In this document: positions 29,050 to 38,821 of the stretch, piece after piece
Position numbering within the stretch: position 1 is the first letter of the stretch
How the letters are laid out: the number at the start of each line of letters is the position of its first letter
Assembly: GCA_965217585.1 (NCBI GenBank)
Contig: OZ244561.1
Coordinates: forward strand, 5,792,001-5,856,000
Direction: 5' to 3'
Source: Candidatus Latescibacterota bacterium
GTDB lineage: Bacteria; Latescibacterota; UBA2968; UBA8231
DNA: 64,000 nucleotides
Notes under the pieces: generated by a model
Told to the model about the DNA's origin: nothing
What the model saw: the letters and a program-made list of their open reading frames with translations, nothing else
The model's database searches: none
Made by a program: the position numbers and the translations under genes

Positions 29050-30343
29050 CTTGGGGTATCCTTTGGGCTTGGGTCATCATGCCGCGCAGGGGCTTGCCCT
29101 GGTATTCGGCGCGATCTGGGTTGTAGTATTCCCACGCGATTTCGCCGGCTGGCGTGACTTCGAGCAAGCGCCCGCGTTGCGATTCCGTGATGAGGGTGTT
29201 GCCGTTGGGCAGCCGCTGTTGGGCGCCGCGGATCCAACTGTCGAATAGGTGGTCGGGGCTGGTGCCCTTGTACTCCCAGTAAATTTCGTGCGTAAATAGA
29301 TCGATTTCCAGTATGCGGCTTTGGCCGAAGGGGCTGCCGCGCAGGCCCTGGTTGTCGAAGAGCAGTACGCGGCCGTTGGGCAGTAGGTCTGGGTCGTGCT
29401 GCTGTTTCCAGATTCCTTCCCCATACCAGATTACTTGTTGCTCGATGGGATCGACGATGATGAGGGCGTTGGGGTTGCGCAGGGAGATGAGCAGGTCGCC
29501 GGCTTTGGCGCGCGGGATGTGGGCGGCCCAATCCGGCGGGATGAGGCGAATGGCGTTGGTGTGGGTGACTTCGCTGTGGCGGGTGGTCTGCCAGCGGTCG
29601 AACACGCTGCGATACGGCGAGTTTTTCAGAGCGCGGAAGATGGAAAAGCGCCGTTTCTCTTGGCCGGTTGCTTCGTCGATGACCACGGCGAAATCTTCGA
29701 TGTACGGGGGTTGGATGTTGCCGATGGGCGTGGTGCCGATTTCTTGGACGAGGGTGTAGATGTTGCCTTGGTCGTCGAAGTCGAAGTCGTGGTGGGCGGT
29801 GCCGGTGTATTTCCAGATGACTTGGGAGTTTTTGTCCAGTTTGACGAGGCCGTAGCCGTAGGGGTAGTGGTTGACGTAGTCGTGGTTGGCGAGGAGGTCG
29901 CCATTGGGGTACAGGTGGGTGCGGTGCCAGTGCAGCATGTCGGGTTGCTGCGGGAAGGCGGCGAAGTCGTCTTCGTCAAAGGCTTCAGCAAAGTCGCATT
30001 GCCACTGGTGGACGATGTTGCCGAGCGAGTCCATGAGCACGGCGGCGGTGGCGTTTTTGGATACGAGCGTCAGGCCGGGCTGCATGGCGGCGGCGTTGTG
30101 GATGATGGCCCCGGATGGCGTGCTGGCGTCTTCAAACCACATGGTGCTGGTGAATTGGTTTTTGGTGTCGGTGAGGCTTTCGTAGAGATAGGCGAAGTGG
30201 CCGTAGGCGTTGACGGCGTGGATGCGGATGTCGGGAGCGGGGGAGAGGTGAAATATTGCCGAGACTATGCCGTAGATGAAGGCGAGGAATAGGAGGCAGC
30301 AGATTAGGGTGGCGATGTAGGCTTTGTGGAGGAAGGACGGCAT
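29024..30343 (-). CDS. Arylsulfotransferase (ASST) family beta-propeller
   Basis: N-terminal anchor, HHDFD, THTNAI, ISLRN, QQHDP, LFDN, GAQQRLPNGNTLITES. Confidence 0.88.
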   Translation of the reverse strand: MPSFLHKAYIATLICCLLFLAFIYGIVSAIFHLSPAPDIRIHAVNAYGHFAYLYESLTDTKNQFTSTMWFEDASTPSGAIIHNAAAMQPGLTLVSKNATAAVLMDSLGNIVHQWQCDFAEAFDEDDFAAFPQQPDMLHWHRTHLYPNGDLLANHDYVNHYPYGYGLVKLDKNSQVIWKYTGTAHHDFDFDDQGNIYTLVQEIGTTPIGNIQPPYIEDFAVVIDEATGQEKRRFSIFRALKNSPYRSVFDRWQTTRHSEVTHTNAIRLIPPDWAAHIPRAKAGDLLISLRNPNALIIVDPIEQQVIWYGEGIWKQQHDPDLLPNGRVLLFDNQGLRGSPFGQSRILEIDLFTHEIYWEYKGTSPDHLFDSWIRGAQQRLPNGNTLITESQRGRLLEVTPAGEIAWEYYNPDRAEYQGKPLRGMMTQAQRIPQDALSFLKN

Positions 30344-30349
30344 CGGGGG

Positions 30350-31303
30350 CTAGCTCCGGTTGGTGCTGACGAGGACGGTGGAGGGATCTACGCCGAATTG
30401 CTCAAGGAGGTAACAGCAGTAATTCTGAATATTCCGGACATTATTGAGATTCAACCATAGCTTCCCGATTTCTTTTTTTCTTTGAAACTCCTCGCCAGTT
30501 GAGTGAAACGGTTTAGTGTGCAAAAGGTAATATTTTGGATTATTCTTCCTACGGACTGGACAATCCTTCGCTGAAATTTTGCCGGTTTCAATCAAGTGCT
30601 CTGCAACGCTGACCCACACCTGGGTCCATTTCTTGATCGATTTTGTACTCGAGTCTGGAAGCTTGATATGTGTCGGAGGTTGCTGGCCTGTTGCTCTTTT
30701 TAAGGACGTAAGCGGCATCCAATCGTCTCGATCCTGTCCTCCATTAGACGGCTCAACGGCCTCCTGTCGACTGCTCGGTGCTGTTGACGATGGATCAGGC
30801 GTCGGCGACACCTCCTGCACCTCCAGCGCACTACGCAATAGCTGTATTACCTTTGCCGCGCATTCGTACTCTTGCGTGTTAGAGAGCTGGAACGACTCTT
30901 CTCGATCCTCCTCCATTGACCATATCTGCCAGTGATCGCCGTTAGTCCACACGACGTATTTCAAACTGGTGAGTGCCTTATCACGCGCGTACTTTATCAC
31001 CTGCTCCACTTTGATACGGGCTAGTGGTATCTCCAATTTCTTTGCTTCAATGAGTGCGACCACGTTGCCATGCGAGAATAGCGCGTAATCGGGTTTGCCC
31101 GAGGTGCCTTTGTATTCAAGGTGAACTTGAGCGGGATTCCGAACGTCCCAACCCAATGCCTCAAGCATCGGGTCAATCAGCAATTGGCGCGTACGCGTCT
31201 CAATCGGCTTCAAGTAATCCTCATGCTCGTTTCGCGTCTTCTTAAGGGCCTTAATCGCTTCTGCGATGTGGTCTTGGGCTTGTCTAAGTGCGTTTATGTT
31301 CAT
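30350..31303 (-). CDS. Type I restriction HsdR N-terminal (PD-(D/E)xK) domain protein, stand-alone
   Basis: LIDPMLEALGWD..EY..PDYAL..IEAKK, WTNGDHW; no helicase; lower GC. Confidence 0.8.
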   Translation of the reverse strand: MNINALRQAQDHIAEAIKALKKTRNEHEDYLKPIETRTRQLLIDPMLEALGWDVRNPAQVHLEYKGTSGKPDYALFSHGNVVALIEAKKLEIPLARIKVEQVIKYARDKALTSLKYVVWTNGDHWQIWSMEEDREESFQLSNTQEYECAAKVIQLLRSALEVQEVSPTPDPSSTAPSSRQEAVEPSNGGQDRDDWMPLTSLKRATGQQPPTHIKLPDSSTKSIKKWTQVWVSVAEHLIETGKISAKDCPVRRKNNPKYYLLHTKPFHSTGEEFQRKKEIGKLWLNLNNVRNIQNYCCYLLEQFGVDPSTVLVSTNRS

Positions 31304-31335
31304 ATTTAGCGTCCTTGCTTAATAACGAATAAGCT

Positions 31336-32424
31336 ATGGAAACGGATTTTAATCACACGCGGCTGATGCGTTTTTTCGGCTGGCTGGTGCATGCGCATCC
31401 GAACTTTTGGATTGACGTGGGCAAGCTGGAGACGCAGTTGCTCAAGGGCCGGTTGGCGCGGCGGGCGGTGGATGCGCCCATTTACATCACGGGCTTGGCG
31501 CGCGCCGGCACGACTTTGCTGCTGAATATACTGGCGTCTCACTCGCGCCTCACCTCGTTCAAATACTGCGATTACTACGGCGCGTTCACGCCGTTTTGGG
31601 CCGACCACCTCTTCCGCGCCGTCGGATTGGGCGCGGCGCGCAAACAGGAGCGAGCACATGCTGACGGCATGATGGTCAACGCATACAGTCCAGAGGCCAT
31701 GGAAGAAATCCTGTGGATGCAGTTTTTCGCTTACCTGCACGATCCCGCCGTCAATAACGCGGTCGAACGGCAAACCAGCCACCCGGAATTTGAGGCTGTT
31801 TACTCAGCGACCTTGGCGAAGTTGCTACTGTGCCGCGACGCGGATCGCATTGTCTGCAAAAACAACTACAATATCACGCGGATCGCGTATCTGGCCAAGC
31901 TATACGAGGACGCGCGCTTCGTCATCGCAGTGCGCCATCCGGTCGCGCACATCGCGTCCATGGCGCGCCAGCACCAGCGCAACTTGGCCCATTTCTCATC
32001 CCCGGTTCATCGCAATTACCTGTGCAACGCCGGTCACTTCGAGTTTGGCCACGAGCGCATCCCCATTACCATCGACGCGGAGAAAACGCGGCACATCCAG
32101 ACGCTGTGGGGCGAAGGGCGCGATACCGAAGGGTGGGCTGAATACTGGAATGCGATCTACGCTTGGACCTACGAGGAGGTGCTGCAGCACGAAGCGCTTA
32201 AGACGCGCTGTTTGGTGGTGCCGTTTGAGCACTTGTGCGCGGCAGCCGAGCAAAAAATTACGGACATTGTGGCGTTTTGCAACTTGGACGCTGACGAGGC
32301 ATGGGCGAAGGGCTGGGCCGAGCAAGTTGCGTATCAGCCCCAATACGAAGCGGCATTCAGCGCGGCCGAGCGCGACGCTATCATGCAGATATGCGGCGCG
32401 ACCGCGAAGAATTATGGCCTATAG
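31336..32424 (+). CDS. PAPS-dependent sulfotransferase (Sulfotransfer_3-like)
   Basis: PIYITGLARAGTT 5'-PSB loop, SPEAMEE, KNNYN, RHPVAHIAS 3'-PB motif. Confidence 0.85.
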   Translation: METDFNHTRLMRFFGWLVHAHPNFWIDVGKLETQLLKGRLARRAVDAPIYITGLARAGTTLLLNILASHSRLTSFKYCDYYGAFTPFWADHLFRAVGLGAARKQERAHADGMMVNAYSPEAMEEILWMQFFAYLHDPAVNNAVERQTSHPEFEAVYSATLAKLLLCRDADRIVCKNNYNITRIAYLAKLYEDARFVIAVRHPVAHIASMARQHQRNLAHFSSPVHRNYLCNAGHFEFGHERIPITIDAEKTRHIQTLWGEGRDTEGWAEYWNAIYAWTYEEVLQHEALKTRCLVVPFEHLCAAAEQKITDIVAFCNLDADEAWAKGWAEQVAYQPQYEAAFSAAERDAIMQICGATAKNYGL

Positions 32425-32458
32425 CTACAGTCATCCCAAACCGATATGAGGTTATCCA

Positions 32459-33286
32459 ATGAATCAGCTTGAAAACCGTCCACTGGACGGACAAATCGCC
32501 GTCGTCACAGGCGGTGCCCAAGGTCTAGGGCTGGGGATCACCCGGCAATTGGCCAGCGACGGGGCCAGCGTGGTCATCGCCGACCGGCAGGAGGATAAGG
32601 CGCGCGAGGAGGCTGCGAAGCTCCAAGACGAGGGCCTAACCGTGCGGGCCGTGGCGCTCGATATAACCGACAGCGCGGCGGTGACTGCCTTTTTCGCCGC
32701 GCTCGTCGCCGAAGAGGAGCGAGTGGACATCCTGATCAACAACGCCGGCACTGGCCAGCAGGTCGCCCCGATAGTCGAGTTGGAGGACGCCGAATGGCAC
32801 CGGGTGATGGATGTGACCCTGACCGGAGCCTTTTACTGCTGTCGCGCTGTCGGACGCATCATGGAAGAACAGGAGGCCGGTTGTATCGTCAATATCTCCT
32901 CGATCAACGGCCAGAATCCGGCCGCGCTGGTGGCCGCGTACAATGTGGCCAAAACCGGTATCATCAGCCTCACCCGGACCTTGGCGCTGGAGTTGGCCGC
33001 GTACGGCGTGCGGGTCAACGCCGTGTGTCCGGGGCCAGTGTACACGGAATTCAACCAGCGCAATATGGCCCAGCGCCGCGTCACCTTAGGGATATCCGAA
33101 GAAGAAATGATCGAGCGCATTCGCGCGGCCATTCCCTTGGGACGCTGGGGCGAGCCGGAGGATATTGCCCAAGGCGTGGCCTTTTTGTGCAGCCCGGCGG
33201 CGTCTTGGATCACCGGCGAAGTGCTCCGCGTTAGCGGCGGCATGGAAGGCGTATCGGCCACGCCGCCGAAAAGGCCGCAGCAGTAG
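32459..33286 (+). CDS. SDR family oxidoreductase
   Basis: TGGAQGLG, NNAG, NISS, YNVAK, VNAVCPG. Confidence 0.93.
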   Translation: MNQLENRPLDGQIAVVTGGAQGLGLGITRQLASDGASVVIADRQEDKAREEAAKLQDEGLTVRAVALDITDSAAVTAFFAALVAEEERVDILINNAGTGQQVAPIVELEDAEWHRVMDVTLTGAFYCCRAVGRIMEEQEAGCIVNISSINGQNPAALVAAYNVAKTGIISLTRTLALELAAYGVRVNAVCPGPVYTEFNQRNMAQRRVTLGISEEEMIERIRAAIPLGRWGEPEDIAQGVAFLCSPAASWITGEVLRVSGGMEGVSATPPKRPQQ

Positions 33287-33336
33287 AGGAGTTCGTATGA
33301 CTACAACTAAGCCGACGCAACTATTGGTGGCATAAT

Positions 33337-33610
33337 ATGGCAGTAATAGATCGAGTTTATCTGGATACAACGGTTCCTAGTGCCTACTACGATGATCGCG
33401 CACCAGATCGTCAACGCCTAACGCAAGAATTCTGGCAGGGTAGATGCCTTGAAATGGATGCCTGCATTTCAACGATTACCCTGGATTGGTTATCTTGCTA
33501 GTTGGAACTTTCGCCATCTAGTCAAAGTCAATACCCGCCGAGAGGTTAACTTGGTCAACGCCTTAGAAGGCTACAATCCCATCGAGATCGTTGCTCCACC
33601 CGAGTTATAG
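33337..33610 (+). pseudogene. PIN-domain toxin, internally deleted/frameshifted
   Basis: VYLDTTVPSAYYDDRAPDRQRLTQEFW in one frame, YLASWNFRHLV..IEIVAPPEL* in another; middle missing. Confidence 0.75.
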
Positions 33611-33620
33611 GAGATGGACT

Positions 33621-33809
33621 GTGAACACATTGACAAAGGACGCAAGAGATCGACTTTGGGAGGAAGTCAGGGGGGAGTTTCCGCAGGACGAGATGATGCA
33701 GGAGGTACACTTCGTACGTCTTGTACACTTTTTACAGACGAAAGATCTTACTCCGGAAGAACGTGTAAGATTCTTTGGACAGTCAGAAAAGGCTGACTCG
33801 ATCTCATAA
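33621..33809 (+). CDS. Small protein, probable partner antitoxin of the PIN relic
   Basis: AGGAG RBS; EEVRGEFPQDEMMQEVH; directly follows the PIN stop. Confidence 0.55.
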   Translation: MNTLTKDARDRLWEEVRGEFPQDEMMQEVHFVRLVHFLQTKDLTPEERVRFFGQSEKADSIS

Positions 33810-33813
33810 CTCA

Positions 33814-35769
33814 ATGAACCCAATGCAATTGTGGACGTCCTATCTGCTGCCCTTGCCGCACGAGATTCGCATTGCCGACAGCGTCCGCTGTAGGCCGGGC
33901 GAAGTGGGTATTGCGCTGCGGGACCAAGCTGGGCCAATCGAGCAGCAGGGTGCCGCCGAGTTGGAAGCACTCTTCGTTGAAAAGGGAAAAGCACAGCCGG
34001 ATGGTGGAGCCTTTACCATCGACATTGGCGTGGCTCCGGCAAACAGCGCGGCCACGGAACGGCTCCAGAGCTTGAAGAACAAGGCCCAGGCGTACCTCAT
34101 TGAGCCACGGGGACGAGATGGTTTGGTGCTGACGGGTTTAGACGAGCGCGGTGTGTACTACGCCTGCCAGACCCTGATCCAATTGCTCGAACCCGAAATG
34201 AGCCAAGAGCAGGTGCACATCCCCTTGGCACAGGTGCTCGACTGGCCCGATATGGACGAGCGGGGCTTGTGGAATTTTCCCGAGCCTGCAACTTGGATCC
34301 CGTGGCTGGCCACGCTCAAATTGAACTACGGCAAAATGGCCTCGACGCAATTGCACCCCATTGAACGCGGTCGGCGCAACCGGGCCACCATCGCCCGCGA
34401 ACAGTTCGAAGCGGCGCGGCAGCGGGCGTTCAATTATCTGCCCTACATTCTGCACCTCAACTTCCTGCACGACTGCGGCCTTTTCAGGACCTATCCCGAA
34501 CTGGCCGGCAAGGGAGACGGGGCTTTGACTGGGCGCTATTTCGCCCACAAGGCGGGCAATCAGCACCGGGTTCCCTGCGCTGCGCAACCGCTACTGGTGC
34601 AAATTCTACAAGAGTGGATGGAGGATATCGCCGGGCAGGGGGCCGAGGAAATAAGCTGCTGGTTGAGCGAACGGCCGGGGCAGTGCGGCTGTCTGGAATG
34701 CTCTGCGGTGGGGCAGTTCGTGCTGGAGGCGCGGGCTTTTGTCGCGGCTTGGCGGCGGGCCCAAAAGCGCTGTCCCAATTTGCAGATTCGCATCTTTTTA
34801 TCGACCACCACCACCGTGCGCAACTATCGGGTGCTGGACGAGTTGCCTCCGGAGGTGAAGGTCGAGCGGGCCTGCGTCACCGAGCTGGAGAGGGTGCTAC
34901 ACCGGCCGCGCGATTTAATGGCCAATCCGCTGCTGGACCACTATGCCGCTGAGGGGCGCTGGATCGCCAGCTACGATGTGCCCATTGCGGCTAACGGCAA
35001 GGTGGACACGCCCGAGTTCAAGGTGCCGCAGCGCTCGGCTCACCGCATGCGGGATTACGTCGGCCAACTGGTGCGGCGGGGCTATAGCGGAGCGTACGCC
35101 ATGATGGCTTGGGGTGGTCCAGAGCGTCAGATTTGCAGCTTCAATATCCACGCCTTGGCCGAGTGGGCTTGGAATATGCAAGGTCGTGACGAGACGGAGT
35201 TCGCCTTGGCGTGGGCACGGCGGGAAGGCTATGCCCATCCAGAGGCCGTGGCCGAATGGGCCGCCTTGATGGGGCCGGTGGAATTCGACGTGTACGATTC
35301 CGATTTTCCGATATGCTATTCTTGGGGCAAGGCCGCGGAGATGGTGCGGCAGCGGCAGCGGCCTTATTTGGGCGAGGGGATGTTCCGCTATTATCTCACT
35401 GCCGAGGACTTCGACGCCAAAGTCGCGATCTGCGACCGGGCTTTGGAAATTGTCGAGGGCCTTGGGGAAGCGGAGCTGGCCCACGAGACGCGGGTGGTGC
35501 GGTCCTATGTGGAATTGGCGCGCGGCGTCTATTGGGTAGCTGAACAGATGGCCACGCTCGACTTAGGGGATATGGCAAACCAAGCGCTGGTGCGCGGCAG
35601 TCTGGATCAGTTGCAAAAGGCGGGCCAAGACAATGTCCAGGCCATTCGGGATTGGCGCGCCGGCTTGGGCAGCGAGCCGTGGCACTACCGGGTACACGAT
35701 GCTATGAAGGGCACGGAGACGACCGTGGCGGAGATCGTCCAATGCGTCGCCGACTGCTACTTGTACTGA
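33814..35769 (+). CDS. Hypothetical protein with GH20 domain-2 (zincin-like) N-terminus
   Basis: LLPLPHEI, QAYLI, DERGVYYACQTLIQL, DWPDMDERG. Confidence 0.75.
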   Translation: MNPMQLWTSYLLPLPHEIRIADSVRCRPGEVGIALRDQAGPIEQQGAAELEALFVEKGKAQPDGGAFTIDIGVAPANSAATERLQSLKNKAQAYLIEPRGRDGLVLTGLDERGVYYACQTLIQLLEPEMSQEQVHIPLAQVLDWPDMDERGLWNFPEPATWIPWLATLKLNYGKMASTQLHPIERGRRNRATIAREQFEAARQRAFNYLPYILHLNFLHDCGLFRTYPELAGKGDGALTGRYFAHKAGNQHRVPCAAQPLLVQILQEWMEDIAGQGAEEISCWLSERPGQCGCLECSAVGQFVLEARAFVAAWRRAQKRCPNLQIRIFLSTTTTVRNYRVLDELPPEVKVERACVTELERVLHRPRDLMANPLLDHYAAEGRWIASYDVPIAANGKVDTPEFKVPQRSAHRMRDYVGQLVRRGYSGAYAMMAWGGPERQICSFNIHALAEWAWNMQGRDETEFALAWARREGYAHPEAVAEWAALMGPVEFDVYDSDFPICYSWGKAAEMVRQRQRPYLGEGMFRYYLTAEDFDAKVAICDRALEIVEGLGEAELAHETRVVRSYVELARGVYWVAEQMATLDLGDMANQALVRGSLDQLQKAGQDNVQAIRDWRAGLGSEPWHYRVHDAMKGTETTVAEIVQCVADCYLY

Positions 35770-35782
35770 GGGGTCATTAGGT

Positions 35783-37612
35783 GTGAGTGAGCGGATAAGT
35801 CGGCTATCTACCCTTGTAAGTCTCCTGCCGCGTTTGCTGGCGTTTATTTGGCGAACCAGCCCGTTCCTCACCTCTGTTGCCGTGCTGCTGGCGATCGGTA
35901 ATGCCGCAGTCGTTCCTTCCCAGATTTGGCTTACTAAGGTCATAATCGATCAGATCGCCGAAAACGTATCTTCAGCTATAGAAGGCAGCTATGCGCTAAC
36001 CAACTTTGTTCTCCCAGTCGCTGGTATCGTTGGCATTTGGATACTTGGCGTAATTACTCAATCTCTTGCCGTGCATGTCCGGCGGCTTCTTGGCCAGCGG
36101 AGTAGCCACCGGGCACGAATGCAGGTGTTTGCCAAGATGGCGGCGTTGGACCCGGCGCTCCTTGAAACTCCTGCTGTGCATGACTCATTCAACAATGCAC
36201 TGGAGGAAACAGAGCAGGTTCACGAGACAGCGTTCTTTGTGTTCGGTTGGATTTCTGATCTGTTGTCCTTGGTTGCAATAATCGGACTGCTCGCACATAT
36301 ACATCCTGGGGCGGTCGTGGTGATCATCCTCACTGCTGCCCCTGGAGCAATTGCACAGGCTGGCTTTCTCGCCCATTACTACAACATAGTTCGCGGAAGA
36401 TCTGAACTACGTCGCCGGGTCCAGTACCTTGGCGACCTCTTATCGAACGCGCCAGGGCTCCGTGAACTAAGGCTCTTTGGGCTAATAGAATACTTGTTAG
36501 ATCAGTATCGCCGATTGTGGAAAGTACAACATGCTGATGACCGCAACCATTGGCTGCGCCTAGGTCGGACCGATTTGCTTTATGGTTTATTGTCTGTTGC
36601 CGGCACTCTGGCAATTTGGTGTTACGCAATCTTCCGTGGTCTCATGGGCATGATCACCATCGGCGACGTTAGCTTGGCCTTCCAAGCTGCCGAGCAAGGA
36701 CGCTCCCGTTTCAACAGTGCTTTTGGTAGCGGCGCTCGGGGTTTTGAGCGCCTATTGTATGCGTCGAACCTTTTTGAGTTCCTGGATCGGGAATGGGAAG
36801 ATGCTGAAGGAAGACTCCAGTCCCTAGGCACAAAAGGTGTTGCCATTCCTAAGCCCATCCAAAAAGGGATCGAATTCCGCGACGTATCGTTTTGCTATCC
36901 AGGGTCTAATGAGTACGTGCTGCGCAATATTTCCTACCATCTTCCCGTCGGGCATACGACGGCTATCGTCGGTCCTAATGGAGCTGGCAAGACGACGCTA
37001 ATTAAGCTGTTGGTTCGACTATACGATCCAACCGAGGGGGCGATTCTGGTAGATGGAATAGACCTGCGCGAGGTCGAACCCGAGGCGTGGTGGCGTCATG
37101 TGAGTGTTATCTTCCAAGACTTCCAGCGCTACAATCTATCTGCACGGGAAAACATCGGCTTTGGCGAATTGCAGCACTTGCATGACGACGATAAACTCAT
37201 GCAAGCAGCACGCCTTGCTGGAGCTGAGACGCTGATACAACAGTTCCCGAGGGGACTTGACACCATGTTTGGCCGCATGTTCTCCGACGGGATCGAAATT
37301 TCCGGCGGGGAGTGGCAGCGCATTGCCCTTAGCAGAGCGTTTATTCGGGATGCACAAGTAATTGTATTGGACGAGCCGACGGCAGCGCTCGATGCTTTCA
37401 CCGAGCAGGCAATATACGAAGGATTCGCGCGAGCGATTGTCGGCAAAACAGGGTTGTTGATCTCGCACCGATTTCCCACTGTTCGCATGGCGGACAGTAT
37501 TCTCGTTCTAGAGGATGGGCAACCCGTTGAACATGGAACGCACGAGCACCTCATTTCGACAAACGGCCTCTATGCCGAGATGTTCACAACTCAAGCAAAT
37601 CAATACAGGTAG
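35783..37612 (+). CDS. ABC transporter, fused permease/ATPase
   Basis: TM domain, GPNGAGKTT, ISGGEWQRIALSRA, VLDEPT, ISHR; lower GC than upstream gene. Confidence 0.93.
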   Translation: MSERISRLSTLVSLLPRLLAFIWRTSPFLTSVAVLLAIGNAAVVPSQIWLTKVIIDQIAENVSSAIEGSYALTNFVLPVAGIVGIWILGVITQSLAVHVRRLLGQRSSHRARMQVFAKMAALDPALLETPAVHDSFNNALEETEQVHETAFFVFGWISDLLSLVAIIGLLAHIHPGAVVVIILTAAPGAIAQAGFLAHYYNIVRGRSELRRRVQYLGDLLSNAPGLRELRLFGLIEYLLDQYRRLWKVQHADDRNHWLRLGRTDLLYGLLSVAGTLAIWCYAIFRGLMGMITIGDVSLAFQAAEQGRSRFNSAFGSGARGFERLLYASNLFEFLDREWEDAEGRLQSLGTKGVAIPKPIQKGIEFRDVSFCYPGSNEYVLRNISYHLPVGHTTAIVGPNGAGKTTLIKLLVRLYDPTEGAILVDGIDLREVEPEAWWRHVSVIFQDFQRYNLSARENIGFGELQHLHDDDKLMQAARLAGAETLIQQFPRGLDTMFGRMFSDGIEISGGEWQRIALSRAFIRDAQVIVLDEPTAALDAFTEQAIYEGFARAIVGKTGLLISHRFPTVRMADSILVLEDGQPVEHGTHEHLISTNGLYAEMFTTQANQYR

Positions 37613-37628
37613 GGATTGTACCACTAAC

Positions 37629-37679
37629 ACGACCGTGGCGGAGATCGCCCAATGCATCGCCGATTGCTACCTTTACTGA
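37629..37679 (+). repeat. Displaced second copy of the 3' end of gene 33814..35769
   Basis: 46/51 identical to 35719-35769; TVAEIAQCIADCYLY* vs TVAEIVQCVADCYLY*. Confidence 0.9.
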
Positions 37680-37690
37680 AGGAGGGAAAC

Positions 37691-38677
37691 ATGACTGAGC
37701 AAAATAATGCACTGTCCCAGGAAGAAATGGATTTTAAAGCATGGCAAAGGGCCGCCTGGGAAGAGGTTGAGCAGTTCCGCGAGACGGCAGAGGATTATTT
37801 TGGTGAGGACAACCCCCAACATCGACTCGCCGCAGAATTTTTCCAGATGTATCTGGAGAAGAGGCCTTCAGAGATAGCCACAAAGGCTTTGTCCAATGCT
37901 TTCACCATGTGGGGAAATCTGAAGGGCGTCAGTGACCAAGTTCAAGCGGCCCTCAAGCACATTTCTTATACCGAAGATGTGTGGGATGAAGTCAAGTATG
38001 GTTTGTGGAACAGTTCCGCACGTGATGGCCGAGAAAAAGAAGCAATTCTCCTATTGGAGGAATTGGTCGAAAAGGTCGTTCCCTTGAAGAGTCGATCGTC
38101 CTTGCTGTGCACTTTAGCCGATATTTGGGAACTCGAAGGTGAGACGGGAAAAGCTCGTCGAGGATTTGAACAAATCATCGCATGGGATGCTTCTGAACGG
38201 CATGTAGATCACGCCCGAGGACATCTGTACGAGCTTGACACTTTAAACGTCGGACAGTTGGCCCCTCAATTCAGGTTGTCCGATATAGATGGCAATCACA
38301 TAGATCTTGCAGATTATCAAGGTAAAGTCGCGGTTTTGCATTTTTGGAGTACAACCTGTAGCGGGTGTAAATTTATTTACCCTTCTCTGCGCAACATTGC
38401 CCAGGAGTATTCTGAGGACGAGGTAGCCCTCATTGGTATATCAGATGATATAGACTTTGATGCTCTTCGTGCTGCGATAACGGAAGAGCAATTCACGTGG
38501 CCTCAGATATGTGAAGGCAATGGCTGGCAAGATACGGTTTTTAAGCTCTACAATGTGGATAGAATGCCTATCGAGTATATCATTGATCGAGGTGGAAAGA
38601 TAGCCTTTAAATTCGGGGGCGGGGGCAAAGGTAGCGGTGAAGAGCTTGAAGAAGCAGTGCGATCTCTCGTGATTTGA
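37691..38677 (+). CDS. TlpA/redoxin-family protein with helical N-terminal domain
   Basis: GQLAPQF, LHFWSTTCSGC (CxxC), YNVDRMPIEYIIDRGG; AGGAGG RBS. Confidence 0.85.
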   Translation: MTEQNNALSQEEMDFKAWQRAAWEEVEQFRETAEDYFGEDNPQHRLAAEFFQMYLEKRPSEIATKALSNAFTMWGNLKGVSDQVQAALKHISYTEDVWDEVKYGLWNSSARDGREKEAILLLEELVEKVVPLKSRSSLLCTLADIWELEGETGKARRGFEQIIAWDASERHVDHARGHLYELDTLNVGQLAPQFRLSDIDGNHIDLADYQGKVAVLHFWSTTCSGCKFIYPSLRNIAQEYSEDEVALIGISDDIDFDALRAAITEEQFTWPQICEGNGWQDTVFKLYNVDRMPIEYIIDRGGKIAFKFGGGGKGSGEELEEAVRSLVI

Positions 38678-38693
38678 TGAGGTGCAGTGTCAG

Positions 38694-38765
38694 CGTCGTG
38701 GCTCATCAGGGCCAGCCCACCCTCTCCGGTGCCCAGCTTGCCGACGATGGAGAGCTTGGCCACGC
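38694..38765 (-). repeat. Copy of an internal argE segment
   Basis: 71/72 identical to 48661-48732 (VAKLSIVGKLGTGEGGLALMSHD). Confidence 0.92.
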
Positions 38766-38821
38766 TCGCCGCATGCCCGCCGACACGCTCTGCCCGCTAT
38801 TGTCGGTAGCATCCCATTCCA

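Noticed and set aside
14002-31303. Methyltransferase and HsdR-N protein as one restriction-modification system
   Set aside because: 15 kb apart in separate cassettes and of different RM types
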